DNA of 64,000 nt, taken from Alphaproteobacteria bacterium (GTDB lineage: Bacteria; Pseudomonadota; Alphaproteobacteria; UBA6615). The position numbers and the translations under genes are program-made. The first letter of the stretch is position 1. Each line of letters opens with the position of its first letter. The stretch lies in assembly GCA_965261975.1 (NCBI GenBank), contig CBDHEC010000036.1:1-64000 (forward strand), written 5' to 3'. Of the stretch, positions 47,915 to 57,533 are shown piece after piece. A model generated the notes under the pieces. It had not been told where the DNA came from and made no database searches. It saw nothing but the letters and a program-made list of their open reading frames with translations.

Positions 47915-48023
47915 CGTTTCATTCTCCCTAAGGTACCGGAGCCGTGGGCGGTATTTGAGCCGCTCTCATTCGTTAACGGGGTTTATTCTAGGCGCAGGGG
48001 CTTGTCGGCTGGAGTCAATCGGG

Positions 48024-48060
48024 TTCCATTACATAGAAAAATAATTCCCATGTATGTGAA
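48024..48060. promoter_or_regulatory. Tandem IclR-type operator candidates in divergent promoter
   Basis: TTCCATTACATAGAA and TCCCATGTATGTGAA, 22 nt apart. Confidence 0.4.
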
Positions 48061-48118
48061 ACATTGTCGGCGCGGTTGGTTTGACCCTATCGTCGCGCAG
48101 GACTTGGGGGAGAGGACC

Positions 48119-48907
48119 ATGCTGATTGGCAAGAAGGGCGAGGCGAAAACCGCTATCGAGACGGCCGACGCGAGCTCGATCACGGTGCGCGGCAAGGATT
48201 TGTGCAACGAGGTGATGGGCCATGCCTCGATCGCCGAATTCTTCTTTTTCCATCTCACCGGTCGCGAGCCGAGTGCCGATCAGGCCTTCTTCATGGATGT
48301 GCTGGTGGTCGCGCTGGCCGAACACGGGCTGACGCCGAGCGTCCAGGCTGCGCGCATGACCCTGGCGGCGGCCCCCGAAGCGCTGCAGGGCGCGGTGGCC
48401 GCGGGACTGCTCGGGTGTCGGATCGGTCATCCTCGGCAGTGCGGATGTGTGCGGGGACATGCTCGACGATGCCGCAAACGCGCATCGAAGGAGGCGAGTC
48501 ACGCAGAGGCCGCGGCACTGGCGATCGCGCAGGGAATATCAAGGACGGCCGGAAAATTCATCCCCGGTTTCGGGCACCCCATTCACCACCCCGTCGATCC
48601 GCGGGCCGTCCGAATCCTCGAGCTGGCCGATGAACGCGGGGTCTCGGGACGCCATGTCCATGCGTTGCGCGCGTTTCCCGACGCCGTTGCCGAAGTCTGG
48701 GGCAAGCCGCTGCCGATGAACCTGCAGGGACCCATGGCGGCCGTCTTGCTCGATCTGGACTATCCCGAAGGCGGCGATCCGCGGCATTCCCGATCCTGGC
48801 CCGCACCGATGGGACTGATCGGTCACCTGAATGAAGAGACCGAACGCCCGATCGGATTCCTGCTGGCCCATCACGGTGAAGAAGCCATTAGCTATGACGG
48901 GGACTAG
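48119..48907 (+). CDS. Citryl-CoA lyase / citrate synthase-like protein (internal compensated frameshifts)
   Basis: VRGKDL, AEHGLTPS, IPGFGHPIH..DPR; SVILGSADVCG lies in an alternative frame. Confidence 0.8.
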   Translation: MLIGKKGEAKTAIETADASSITVRGKDLCNEVMGHASIAEFFFFHLTGREPSADQAFFMDVLVVALAEHGLTPSVQAARMTLAAAPEALQGAVAAGLLGCRIGHPRQCGCVRGHARRCRKRASKEASHAEAAALAIAQGISRTAGKFIPGFGHPIHHPVDPRAVRILELADERGVSGRHVHALRAFPDAVAEVWGKPLPMNLQGPMAAVLLDLDYPEGGDPRHSRSWPAPMGLIGHLNEETERPIGFLLAHHGEEAISYDGD

Positions 48908-48912
48908 ACTAG

Positions 48913-50244
48913 ATGTCGGCTGCCGAGCTCTTTGATCCCGAGGCCGAAACCCGGGAATTCGCGGACCAGAAACAGAAAGACGAGCCGGTTTACCGCAGGC
49001 AGATTGAGTATCTGTTCGCGCGTTCCGAATTCTATCGCGAGAAGTTTCGCACGGCTGGTTTCAAGACCCCGGAATCGGTCGGTGGACTGGATGATCTGCG
49101 CCACCTGCCGTTCACGGTCAAAGATGAATTGCGCGCCAGCCAGGCCGACCATCTCCCGCTGGGCAACCAGCTGGCAGCACCGCTCGAAGATGTGGTGCGG
49201 ATCTATTCAACCAGCGGCACATCCGGTGCGCCGCTCTATATTCCGGTCACCCTGGGCGACCTCAAGCGATGGATTCACACGTCCAACCGCAGTTATTTCG
49301 CCGCCGGAATTCGGCCTCACCACCGGGTCGTCACCACCTACAATTCCGGGCCGTTTGCGGCGGGGGCGGTGCATGAATCCATGATCGCGCTGGGTGTATG
49401 CATGGTACCGGTGGGCAGCGGCAATACCGACCGGCTGCTGACCGCCCTGGAACGCTTCCAGGTCCAGGCGATGCCCGGGACGCCGTCGTATTTTCTGTAT
49501 ATCGCCGAGGCCGCGCGGGCCCGCGGCATCGATCCGGCGGCCTGCGGGCTGGAGACGCTTGTGGCCGGTGGTGAGCCGGGGGGCGGTGAGCCCGAAGTCC
49601 GTGCTCAGATCGAGGAGGCGTTTAACGCGAAAGTACATGAGGTCCTGGGGCTCGGCGAGCTGTCGATTTCCATGTTCGGGGAGGGGCCGGAACAGGACGG
49701 CATGAACTTCCTCGCCCGGGACTATATCCATATGGAGCTGATCGACCCGGACACCGAGGAACCACTGCCGTTCGAGGACGGGGTCCGGGGCGAGCCGGTC
49801 TACACCCATCTTCAACAGGAAGCTGCGCCGCTGCTGCGCTATCGTTCCCGCGACCATGTGACCGTGCGCATGGGCCCCGTCGCCAGTGGGCGCACCGGAC
49901 CGCGCATTCGCTGTATCGGCCGGACCGACGACATGCTCATCGTGCGGGGGGTCAACGTCTTTCCCAGTGCGATCCGGGAGGTGGTGAACCTGTTTCGCCC
50001 GGACGTGAGCGGAATCATGCTGGTGCGCCCGACCCAGGCAGGCGTGCAGCAATCACCGCCACTGCCGGTTCATGTCGAGGCGGCCGAGGGGGCCGAGCCC
50101 GGACCCGGGTTGGCGGAAGCGATCGAGAAGGAGATCCGCTCGAAGCTGGTGGTCACGACCAAGGTCGAGATCGTGACGTTCGGGAGTCTGCCGCGGACCG
50201 ACTACAAGACGAAGCTCGTGGACTATTCGGACGCCGCCGACTAA
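48913..50244 (+). CDS. Phenylacetate-CoA ligase family protein
   Basis: LPFTVKDEL, STSGTSG, GGEPG, PLLRYR, GRTDDMLIVRGVNVFP. Confidence 0.88.
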   Translation: MSAAELFDPEAETREFADQKQKDEPVYRRQIEYLFARSEFYREKFRTAGFKTPESVGGLDDLRHLPFTVKDELRASQADHLPLGNQLAAPLEDVVRIYSTSGTSGAPLYIPVTLGDLKRWIHTSNRSYFAAGIRPHHRVVTTYNSGPFAAGAVHESMIALGVCMVPVGSGNTDRLLTALERFQVQAMPGTPSYFLYIAEAARARGIDPAACGLETLVAGGEPGGGEPEVRAQIEEAFNAKVHEVLGLGELSISMFGEGPEQDGMNFLARDYIHMELIDPDTEEPLPFEDGVRGEPVYTHLQQEAAPLLRYRSRDHVTVRMGPVASGRTGPRIRCIGRTDDMLIVRGVNVFPSAIREVVNLFRPDVSGIMLVRPTQAGVQQSPPLPVHVEAAEGAEPGPGLAEAIEKEIRSKLVVTTKVEIVTFGSLPRTDYKTKLVDYSDAAD

Positions 50245-50247
50245 GCC

Positions 50248-51378
50248 TCAGAACAGGAAGTCGGTCGCCGACAGGTCTGCCATGGCGACGCCCACCAGCG
50301 TGATCTCGTCGTTGTTCCCGTAATCGATGGTGGCGTTCCCGCCGACGTCACTGGTGCTTGCGAGAAGATCCCCGAAGTTGGCGAACCCGAGTGCTGAGAC
50401 GTCGAGCGTGTCTTCGCCGGACGTGAAATCCTCGACCCAGTCGTCGCCGCCGTTGACGGAGAACAGGAACAGGTCGTCGCCGTCGCCGCCCCAGAGATGG
50501 TCTTCCGCGTTGTCGCCGTCACCGCCGTTGAGCGTGTCTGCACCGTCGTCGCCGAAGAGAAAGTCCTGATGCGCGCCGCCGTTGAGTGTGTCGTCGCCAT
50601 CACCGCCCTGAAGAACGTCGATGCCATTCCCGCCGGAAAGGTCGTCACTGCCGTCGTCGCCTGACAGCCCGTCATTGCCGTCTTCCCCGCGAAGCGCATC
50701 GTCGTCCTCGCCGCCGTGGAGCTTGTCATTGCCGTCGCCGCCCTCGAGAAGGTCGTTGCCGGTCCATCCGAACAGCCGATCGTCGCCATCCTCGCCGTAG
50801 AGGGAATCGTCGCCGGCGTTGCCGAAGAGCCAGTCGTTGCCGTTGCCGCCGTTGAGCTGGTCGTCGCCGTCACCGCCATGCAGTTCATCCTCACCGTCGC
50901 TGCCCAGCAGTCGGTCATCCCCGTCGAGACCCCACAGCGTGTCGTTGCCGTTGCCCCCGTGCAGCCTGTCGTCGCCCTGGCCGCCATGGAGCCAGTCGTC
51001 TCCGTTCTCGCCATGGAGTTCGTCGTCACCAAGGCCGCCGAGGAGTGTGTCGTTGCCGGCGTCGCCGGCCTGGTCTCCGTACAGCCAGTCATCCCCGGGA
51101 CCGCCATCGAGCCAGTCATCGCCGTCGTTGCCGTACAGCCGGTCGTCACCGCGACCGCCGAACAGGTGATCGTCTCCGTCTTCGCCGTAGAGTCGGTCGT
51201 TCCCGTTGCCGCCCCGCACATAGTCCTTGCCGCCGCCGGCGCGAATCTCGTCATCGCCGTCATAGCCGAAGATGATCTCGTTCTCATACGTGCCGTCGAT
51301 CAGGTCGCCGTCGGCGGTGCCGTAGACAAAACCGTAATCGAACGTGTTTCGGTTGTCGTTCTTGTCATGGTCGGACAT
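50248..51378 (-). CDS. RTX calcium-binding protein
   Basis: About 29 GGxGxDxLx-type nonapeptides; C-terminal ITLVGV...DFLF type I secretion-like signal. Confidence 0.9.
   Translation of the reverse strand: MSDHDKNDNRNTFDYGFVYGTADGDLIDGTYENEIIFGYDGDDEIRAGGGKDYVRGGNGNDRLYGEDGDDHLFGGRGDDRLYGNDGDDWLDGGPGDDWLYGDQAGDAGNDTLLGGLGDDELHGENGDDWLHGGQGDDRLHGGNGNDTLWGLDGDDRLLGSDGEDELHGGDGDDQLNGGNGNDWLFGNAGDDSLYGEDGDDRLFGWTGNDLLEGGDGNDKLHGGEDDDALRGEDGNDGLSGDDGSDDLSGGNGIDVLQGGDGDDTLNGGAHQDFLFGDDGADTLNGGDGDNAEDHLWGGDGDDLFLFSVNGGDDWVEDFTSGEDTLDVSALGFANFGDLLASTSDVGGNATIDYGNNDEITLVGVAMADLSATDFLF
50461..51270 (-). repeat. 27-nt periodic RTX nonapeptide repeats
   Basis: Recurrent gtcgtcgccgtcgccgcc-like units within the RTX gene. 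Confidence 0.8.
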
Positions 51379-51517
51379 CGTGCTCTCCGTTGGATGCGTC
51401 GTTGTCCAACAGATACGTATGCCCGCCGTGATCCGAAGTGATGCCGGTCACATGGTCTCGAAAAAATTGCGGCGGACCCGAAGATCCGCCGCTGAAAATG
51501 GCACTGTCAGCCTGAAG

Positions 51518-52150
51518 TTACCCGAGATCGGGGTTCAGGGTGTATTCCCCCGCCACCTGGCCGCTCGCAAGAATATGACCCTCCATCGCGGCCAGCGCGT
51601 CGGCACCGTTGAACACACCGCTCATGCCGAGTGTCTCGACATCCAGCGCGTACACGGTGAACACATACTCATGCATGATTTCGTCGTTCCATGGCGGGGC
51701 CGGCCCGTCATAGCCGCCATAGTCGCCCGCCATGTCCGGGTTGCCGGCCATGAACATGCCGAAGTCATTGGCGCCGCGAACGCCGTTGGAGGCAGGTCCG
51801 GTCGGCTTGCCTTTCGGCACGACAGAGTCGGATTCCGCGCCCTTCGGCAGGCTGGTCGTCGTCGCCGGTATGTCGACAAGAACCCAATGCATGAAGTCCA
51901 TCCGCGCCAGGTCTGCCGGGATTGTCTTGCCTTCCTGGTTGGCATCGTCGAACACGGTCGGCACGCTGCGATCGTGCATGATGACGGCATAGGATTTGGT
52001 GCCGTCGGGGCCGCTGCTCCAGTTGATGGCCGGGCTGATGTTCGCCCCGAACGTGAACGGCTCATCGTCTGTGCGAATGCCGAAGGCGAACTCCTCGGGA
52101 ATGCGCTGACCGTCGGCGATGCCGTCGATGCTGAGGTTGAGGCTCGTCAT
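51518..52150 (-). CDS. YbhB/YbcL (PEBP/RKIP-like) protein
   Basis: NISPAINW, FMHWVLVDIP, GYDGPAPP, HEYVFTVYALD. Confidence 0.9.
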   Translation of the reverse strand: MTSLNLSIDGIADGQRIPEEFAFGIRTDDEPFTFGANISPAINWSSGPDGTKSYAVIMHDRSVPTVFDDANQEGKTIPADLARMDFMHWVLVDIPATTTSLPKGAESDSVVPKGKPTGPASNGVRGANDFGMFMAGNPDMAGDYGGYDGPAPPWNDEIMHEYVFTVYALDVETLGMSGVFNGADALAAMEGHILASGQVAGEYTLNPDLG

Positions 52151-52239
52151 GATTCCTCCCCATGATCCTGATCCTGCAAGGTCGGGAAGCTTAACACGAG
52201 GCAATGGTCTGAAAAGGCCGGCGTGGGCGCACCGGGCGT

Positions 52240-53244
52240 CTAAAAATTTGCCGACAGGCTGATCGCACCGAACCGGTCTGCCTGACGCTGGCCATCGAAC
52301 TCCCGGGTCCGGAATATCTGGGTCACGGCAAGACGCACGCCTTCGTAGATGAAGGCAATCCCGACCTGGGCATCCCCGACCAACAGGCGCTTGTCGACAC
52401 TGTGGCTGCTGGCGAAAGTATTCCCGTCGAGGAAGATGTCATGGGCGACGCCGCGACCCTGGACGCCGGCGAACGCATACCAGGCGAGACCGGAGCGTTT
52501 TTCTACCGCCGCGAGACCGCTGAGCGACGGGCGAATAAGGGGCGGGCCATAGTCGACGTCCAGATTCTGGCCGATCCGCAGGATTGCACCAGCGCTGGCG
52601 AAGGTCATCACATTACCGACGCTGCCGCCGATATGGGGAATCGCCCCCGCCTCCAGACCGAATAATTTCCATGGGGCGGGACGCCAGCGGCGTTCGCCGA
52701 TCAGCATGATGCCCGGTTCGTTATCCAGTTGGTGGCCCCAGCCGTTCGATCGACCCACATTGATCAGATCATGTACGCCGTTCTGCACCTGACGGCCCAG
52801 GGCCCAGGGTCCGACGATGCCGAGGTTGAGCTCGACCGTGTCGAGGGTATCGGTGGCGGATACCGGTTGGCGATTTGTCTCGGCATGCACCGAGATGGCG
52901 CCGTACAACCAGCCGGCGTAGGGACGGTCGTCGGTGACGAGGGCCGAGGTGGCGGTGTTCTCCGGTGTAAAGATACTCTGGCCGAAAGCGGCACCAACCC
53001 GGCCCTGCCGAAGGTTCGCGAAGGGGTAAAGCGTCTCGAGCACGTCCTTGACCCATCGGGGGTCATTATCGCGCGCACCGGAGACCCAGGAGAGGCGAAA
53101 GCCGTTTGTGTAGTGCCGGTCGGTGTTGGCGATCCGGTCGTTTTCCCACTGGACGCTATAGGTGTCAGGGTTGGCGGCAACGTCATCGGCGACGACGGTG
53201 GCGACCCCGGTGAGGCAGGCCAGCAATATCGCTGCGCGACGCAT
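52240..53244 (-). CDS. lpxR: Lipid A 3'-O-deacylase LpxR family outer-membrane protein
   Basis: Signal peptide, END...DRHYTNG, GQSIFTP, DRPYAGWL, QNGVH, terminal Phe. Confidence 0.8.
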   Translation of the reverse strand: MRRAAILLACLTGVATVVADDVAANPDTYSVQWENDRIANTDRHYTNGFRLSWVSGARDNDPRWVKDVLETLYPFANLRQGRVGAAFGQSIFTPENTATSALVTDDRPYAGWLYGAISVHAETNRQPVSATDTLDTVELNLGIVGPWALGRQVQNGVHDLINVGRSNGWGHQLDNEPGIMLIGERRWRPAPWKLFGLEAGAIPHIGGSVGNVMTFASAGAILRIGQNLDVDYGPPLIRPSLSGLAAVEKRSGLAWYAFAGVQGRGVAHDIFLDGNTFASSHSVDKRLLVGDAQVGIAFIYEGVRLAVTQIFRTREFDGQRQADRFGAISLSANF

Positions 53245-53927
53245 CAGTCTTGCAGGCGCGTGACGGCGAACGGATTGAACCGTGTCTTGCGGTCGTAGTG
53301 ATCGATGCCTTCCGACCGTTTCAACCAGCCGATCACCGCATAGGTGAGGGGCGTGGCCAGGACCTCGTAAGCGATCTTGGCGAGGGCCTGCAGCACGATC
53401 GTACCCACCAGCACTTTCATGGGCAGGACGCCCCAGAACGCGACGAAGACGAAGACGACGGAATCGAGCCCCTGGCCCACCACGGTCGATCCGATGGTGC
53501 GCAGCCACAGCATGCGACCCGCGGTGATCACCTTCAGGCGGGCCAGTATGTAGGAGTTGGCAAACTCGCCGACCAGGTAGGCCAGGAACGACGCGGTGAG
53601 GATTCGCGGGGTCGCACCGAGGATCGTATCGTAGGCGGCCTGACCTTCCCAGAAACCCGCGGCCGGCAGGATTCCAACCAGGGCAAAAGTCAGGACCGCG
53701 AACAGATTGGCGCCGAACCCGACCCAAACAACCAACCGGGCCTTGGCGAAGCCGTAAACTTCAGTCAGAACATCGCCGATGATGTAGCTGATCGGGAAAA
53801 TCACGATGGCGCCTGTGAGAACATACCCATTTACGTCGATCAGCTTGACGGCCGTGATGTTCGAAACCATCAAACAGGTCACGAACAGGACGGTGATAAT
53901 GAGGAAACGCGTGGTTAATCCGGGCAT
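53244..53927 (-). CDS. yhhQ: Queuosine precursor transporter (YhhQ/VUT family)
   Basis: [32 protein letters not shown]; adjacent to queA. Confidence 0.88.
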   Translation of the reverse strand: MPGLTTRFLIITVLFVTCLMVSNITAVKLIDVNGYVLTGAIVIFPISYIIGDVLTEVYGFAKARLVVWVGFGANLFAVLTFALVGILPAAGFWEGQAAYDTILGATPRILTASFLAYLVGEFANSYILARLKVITAGRMLWLRTIGSTVVGQGLDSVVFVFVAFWGVLPMKVLVGTIVLQALAKIAYEVLATPLTYAVIGWLKRSEGIDHYDRKTRFNPFAVTRLQD

Positions 53928-54026
53928 CGAAGTGTCGCAGGTTTCGGGCTGGTACGTTTGGGTCAGGCTAATGGTAGCATGGTCCACGCGCTGTCAATCC
54001 GCTGCATCGCAATCAAGGCTTCGCGC

Positions 54027-55055
54027 ATGAAGACATCCGACTTCGATTTCGAGCTTCCGCCCGAGCGGATCGCACAACGGCCCGCAGAGCCGCGCGATTC
54101 GGCTCGCCTGCTCGACCTGCGCGATGGCATCGCGGATCGGGCCGTGGCGGACCTCCCGCAATTGCTCGCGCCGGGCAGTCTGCTCGTGGTCAACGACACG
54201 CGTGTGATCCCGGCACAACTCGAGGGACGCCGCGGTGAAGGCAGAATCTCCGTCACCCTGCACAAGCAGATATCGGAGACCGAATGGCTCGCATTTGCGC
54301 GCCCCGCAAAACGGCTGCGGCCGGGTGACAGGATCGAGTTTGCAGAAGGTTTCGCCGCCGAGATGGTCGAGCGGCGCGAGGGGGGTGAGGTGTATCTGCG
54401 CTTCGACATGGCTGCCGCTGCCTTTCACGATGCGTTGATGCGCCATGGCCGGACCCCGCTGCCGCCCTACATCAAGCGTGGCGACGGCCCGGACGGACGC
54501 GATACACACGACTATCAGACGATGTTTGCGGCGCGAGAGGGCGCCGTGGCGGCCCCAACAGCCGGTCTGCATTTCACACCCCAGCTAATGGCAGCACTGG
54601 ACAATGCGGGCATGGAGCTTGCGACAGTGACGCTGCATGTGGGGGCCGGTACGTTCCTGCCTGTGACGGTTGAGGATGTCAGCGAACACAAGATGCATGC
54701 CGAATATGGCGAGGTTGATGAGGAAACGGCCGAGCGGATCAACGCAGCACGGGCTGCCGGGCGGCCGGTCGTATCGATCGGGACGACGGCGCTGCGGGTG
54801 CTGGAATCGGCGGTCGATGCGGCGGGTCACGTCGCGGCGTTTCGCGGCGACACGCGGCTGTTTTGCGTGCCCGGGTACGAGTTTCGCGCCGTCGACCAGC
54901 TGTTCACCAATTTCCATCTTCCGCGCTCCACCCTGTTCATGCTGGTCTGCGCCTTTGCCGGGACCGGGCATATGCGGGCGGCCTACCGCCACGCGATCGC
55001 GGCGGAGTACCGGTTCTTCTCCTATGGCGACGCCACACTTCTCAAGCGCGCCTGA
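54027..55055 (+). CDS. queA: SAM:tRNA ribosyltransferase-isomerase
   Basis: [42 protein letters not shown]. Confidence 0.97.
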   Translation: MKTSDFDFELPPERIAQRPAEPRDSARLLDLRDGIADRAVADLPQLLAPGSLLVVNDTRVIPAQLEGRRGEGRISVTLHKQISETEWLAFARPAKRLRPGDRIEFAEGFAAEMVERREGGEVYLRFDMAAAAFHDALMRHGRTPLPPYIKRGDGPDGRDTHDYQTMFAAREGAVAAPTAGLHFTPQLMAALDNAGMELATVTLHVGAGTFLPVTVEDVSEHKMHAEYGEVDEETAERINAARAAGRPVVSIGTTALRVLESAVDAAGHVAAFRGDTRLFCVPGYEFRAVDQLFTNFHLPRSTLFMLVCAFAGTGHMRAAYRHAIAAEYRFFSYGDATLLKRA

Positions 55056-55121
55056 TATGTGGGGGCGGATGGTGATTTGTGGGATGATCGAGCCGCGGAC
55101 AGGCGTGAAGGGCCGAAGCGA

Positions 55122-56288
55122 ATGGGCGACGACATAGTTCAAGCTGCGTCCCCTGCTGCGGTGCGCGACCGCATCCAGGAGAAGGCGCATGCGCTGGGAT
55201 TCAGCGCGGTCGGGTTCGCCCCGGTGCACCTGGCACCTGAAATCCGCGATCATCTCGCACAGTTCATCGAGGAGGGCCGGCACGGCGACATGGACTGGAT
55301 GCCGGCGAAGGCAGACCGTCGAAGCGAACCGGCGGCACTCTGGCCGCAAGCGCGTTCCGTGATCGCGCTCGCGATGGCCTACACGCCCGACGATTCGGCG
55401 TTCGACAGCCTGGACCAGGACGGTGTGGGACATCTTTCGGTCTATGCCCGCGGGCGCGACTATCACGACGTGGTCAAGAAGCGCCTCAAGGCGCTGGGGC
55501 GCTGGATTTGTGATGAGTTCCCGGGCGACGTGAAGGTGTTCGTCGACACGGCACCGGTGATGGAGAAGCCGGTGGCCCAGATCGCCGGTCTCGGCTGGCA
55601 GGGCAAACACACCAATCTGGTGTCGCGCGAACACGGCTCATGGTTGTTCCTGGGCGAAGTGTTCACGACGCTCGAGCTGCCAGATGATCGCGGTATGAAC
55701 GATCATTGCGGCGGTTGCCGGCGCTGTCTCGATGCCTGTCCGACCGACGCGTTTCCCGCGCCCTATCAGATCGATGCGCGGCGGTGCATCTCCTACCTCA
55801 CCATCGAGCATAAAGGGCCGATCGATCGGGAACTGCGGCCCTTGATCGGCAACAGGATATACGGCTGTGACGATTGTCTGGCGGCCTGCCCGTGGAATAA
55901 GTTCGCAGCGACCGCGCCGGTGACCGAATTGCGGGCGCGCCCGGAATTTGCCAAGCCGCGACTGGCCGATCTGGCAGGCCTGGATGACGGCGCGTTTCGC
56001 AGTCTTTTCTCGAAGACGGCGATCAAGCGCGTGGGGCGCGACCGGTTCTTGCGCAACGTGCTTATTGCGATGGGCAATGTCGGGACCGAAGAAGACGCCG
56101 TCGTCGCCCGCGAGCGGCTCGACGATGCGTCTGCGCTCGTGCGCGGGGCGGCGGTTTGGGCGCTGTCCCGGTTGATGCCGGGCGACGCCTTTGCCGAGCT
56201 GCGGCGCCAACACATGCCCGGGGAGAGGGACAGCGATGTTCTGTCGGAATGGGCCGCAAGCGGGACGGACGACGGACGGTTGCGCTAG
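55122..56288 (+). CDS. queG: Epoxyqueuosine reductase
   Basis: YARGRDYH, VDTAPVMEK, CxxCxxC..CP, CISYLTIE, GCDDCLAACPWN; start uncertain. Confidence 0.95.
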   Translation: MGDDIVQAASPAAVRDRIQEKAHALGFSAVGFAPVHLAPEIRDHLAQFIEEGRHGDMDWMPAKADRRSEPAALWPQARSVIALAMAYTPDDSAFDSLDQDGVGHLSVYARGRDYHDVVKKRLKALGRWICDEFPGDVKVFVDTAPVMEKPVAQIAGLGWQGKHTNLVSREHGSWLFLGEVFTTLELPDDRGMNDHCGGCRRCLDACPTDAFPAPYQIDARRCISYLTIEHKGPIDRELRPLIGNRIYGCDDCLAACPWNKFAATAPVTELRARPEFAKPRLADLAGLDDGAFRSLFSKTAIKRVGRDRFLRNVLIAMGNVGTEEDAVVARERLDDASALVRGAAVWALSRLMPGDAFAELRRQHMPGERDSDVLSEWAASGTDDGRLR

Positions 56289-56324
56289 TCTGCGTCGCTG
56301 GACGTTCCAACGAAGGAAAACATC

Positions 56325-56819
56325 ATGGCTGAACCGTTAACCGACGTCGTGCACGAGTTTGTGGCGCTTCATGACGACGAAGTCGACTGGCAGGACGGAG
56401 AGGGTGCGAACGAAATTCTGGCGTTGCCGCCCGGCGTGCAGGTCAAGATCTTCAACTATGACGCGGCGATGGGCCGGGTCGATATGAAGGTCAAGTTCCC
56501 GCCGGGCTATGTGGAACCTGAACATAGCCATAAAAGTTGGCACTCGATCGTGGTGCTTGCCGGGCGAATGTGCGTGGCGGGGAAGGACCTGCGACCGGGC
56601 GACTATGTATTTGGCGGCAACATGCCCCACGGGCCCTATGAGTACCCCGATGGTTGCGAAGTTTTCATCGTCTTCATGGGAGAGGGAACCCAGCATGAAT
56701 GGGACGAGGAGAAACATCTCGCCCATGAAAACAGCTGGGAAGCCGAGACCGACGACGGCAAGGCCGGCGTCGCCCGGCAGGCGGCGGCACGCGCCGGCGG
56801 CAAGGTTAGCGCGGACTGA
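56325..56819 (+). CDS. Cupin-fold protein (ChrR/DUF4437-like)
   Basis: PEHSH...VVLAG...PGDY...PHGP; AAGGA RBS. Confidence 0.7.
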   Translation: MAEPLTDVVHEFVALHDDEVDWQDGEGANEILALPPGVQVKIFNYDAAMGRVDMKVKFPPGYVEPEHSHKSWHSIVVLAGRMCVAGKDLRPGDYVFGGNMPHGPYEYPDGCEVFIVFMGEGTQHEWDEEKHLAHENSWEAETDDGKAGVARQAAARAGGKVSAD

Positions 56820-56822
56820 GCC

Positions 56823-57428
56823 ATGCCGACATATTTCTTCTATTGCCGCGACAAACCCGACAGCCGCGATATCCGCAAGGCGGTTGTCGAGGAGCATTGG
56901 GCGTTCATGGACGGGTATGCGGACCAGATGGTGGCACGCGGTCCGAGTCTGGCCGACGATGGCGAGACGCCGACCGGCAGCATGCATATGGTTGAGTTGC
57001 CGGACGCGGAAGCGGCACGGGTGTTCGCCTATGAGGAGCCGTATGCGAAGGCCGGCGTGTTCGACGACATCATCGTTCGACGATGGCGTAACGCACTCGG
57101 GCGCACGATGTGGGATTTCGAGGGCGATCCGGACAACAATCAGCGTTTCCTGCTGATCGGTCACGGGCGACCGGATACGACCGAAGAGCGAGACAGCCTG
57201 CTCGAGGCCCATCGCGAATACTTCATCGATGGCGGGTATCTGCCGCGATTTATCGAGCGGGGGCCGCTGTACAACGACGACGAAAGCGAATGGGTCGGAA
57301 GTGCCATGCTGATCGAATTGCCCGATCGCGGCGCTGTCGAGGAAATGCTCGAGAACGAGCCTTACTGCAAGGCGGGTCTCTACACGAGCATCGACATTCA
57401 TCGCTGGCGGTTCGGCGGGCGACACTAG
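56823..57428 (+). CDS. YciI family protein (tandem YciI domains)
   Basis: Two R..H..RGP...GS...EPY.KAG units. Confidence 0.8.
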   Translation: MPTYFFYCRDKPDSRDIRKAVVEEHWAFMDGYADQMVARGPSLADDGETPTGSMHMVELPDAEAARVFAYEEPYAKAGVFDDIIVRRWRNALGRTMWDFEGDPDNNQRFLLIGHGRPDTTEERDSLLEAHREYFIDGGYLPRFIERGPLYNDDESEWVGSAMLIELPDRGAVEEMLENEPYCKAGLYTSIDIHRWRFGGRH

Positions 57429-57533
57429 TTCCGAGGCCTGCGTCGGCGACGGGTTGTCGACGAACCGTTGCGCCGGGCGCGCGGGCGGCTTACATAGACG
57501 CCCGACTGCCACCAACCTGTTGAGAGTGCGCCC

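Noticed and set aside
50461-51270. CRISPR-like periodic repeats
   Set aside because: Degenerate 27-nt coding repeats of RTX nonapeptides; no identical repeats with unique spacers and no cas genes
53928-54026. preQ1 riboswitch upstream of yhhQ
   Set aside because: No GGTTC/CCC stem with A-rich tail; the spacer is short and fits divergent promoters
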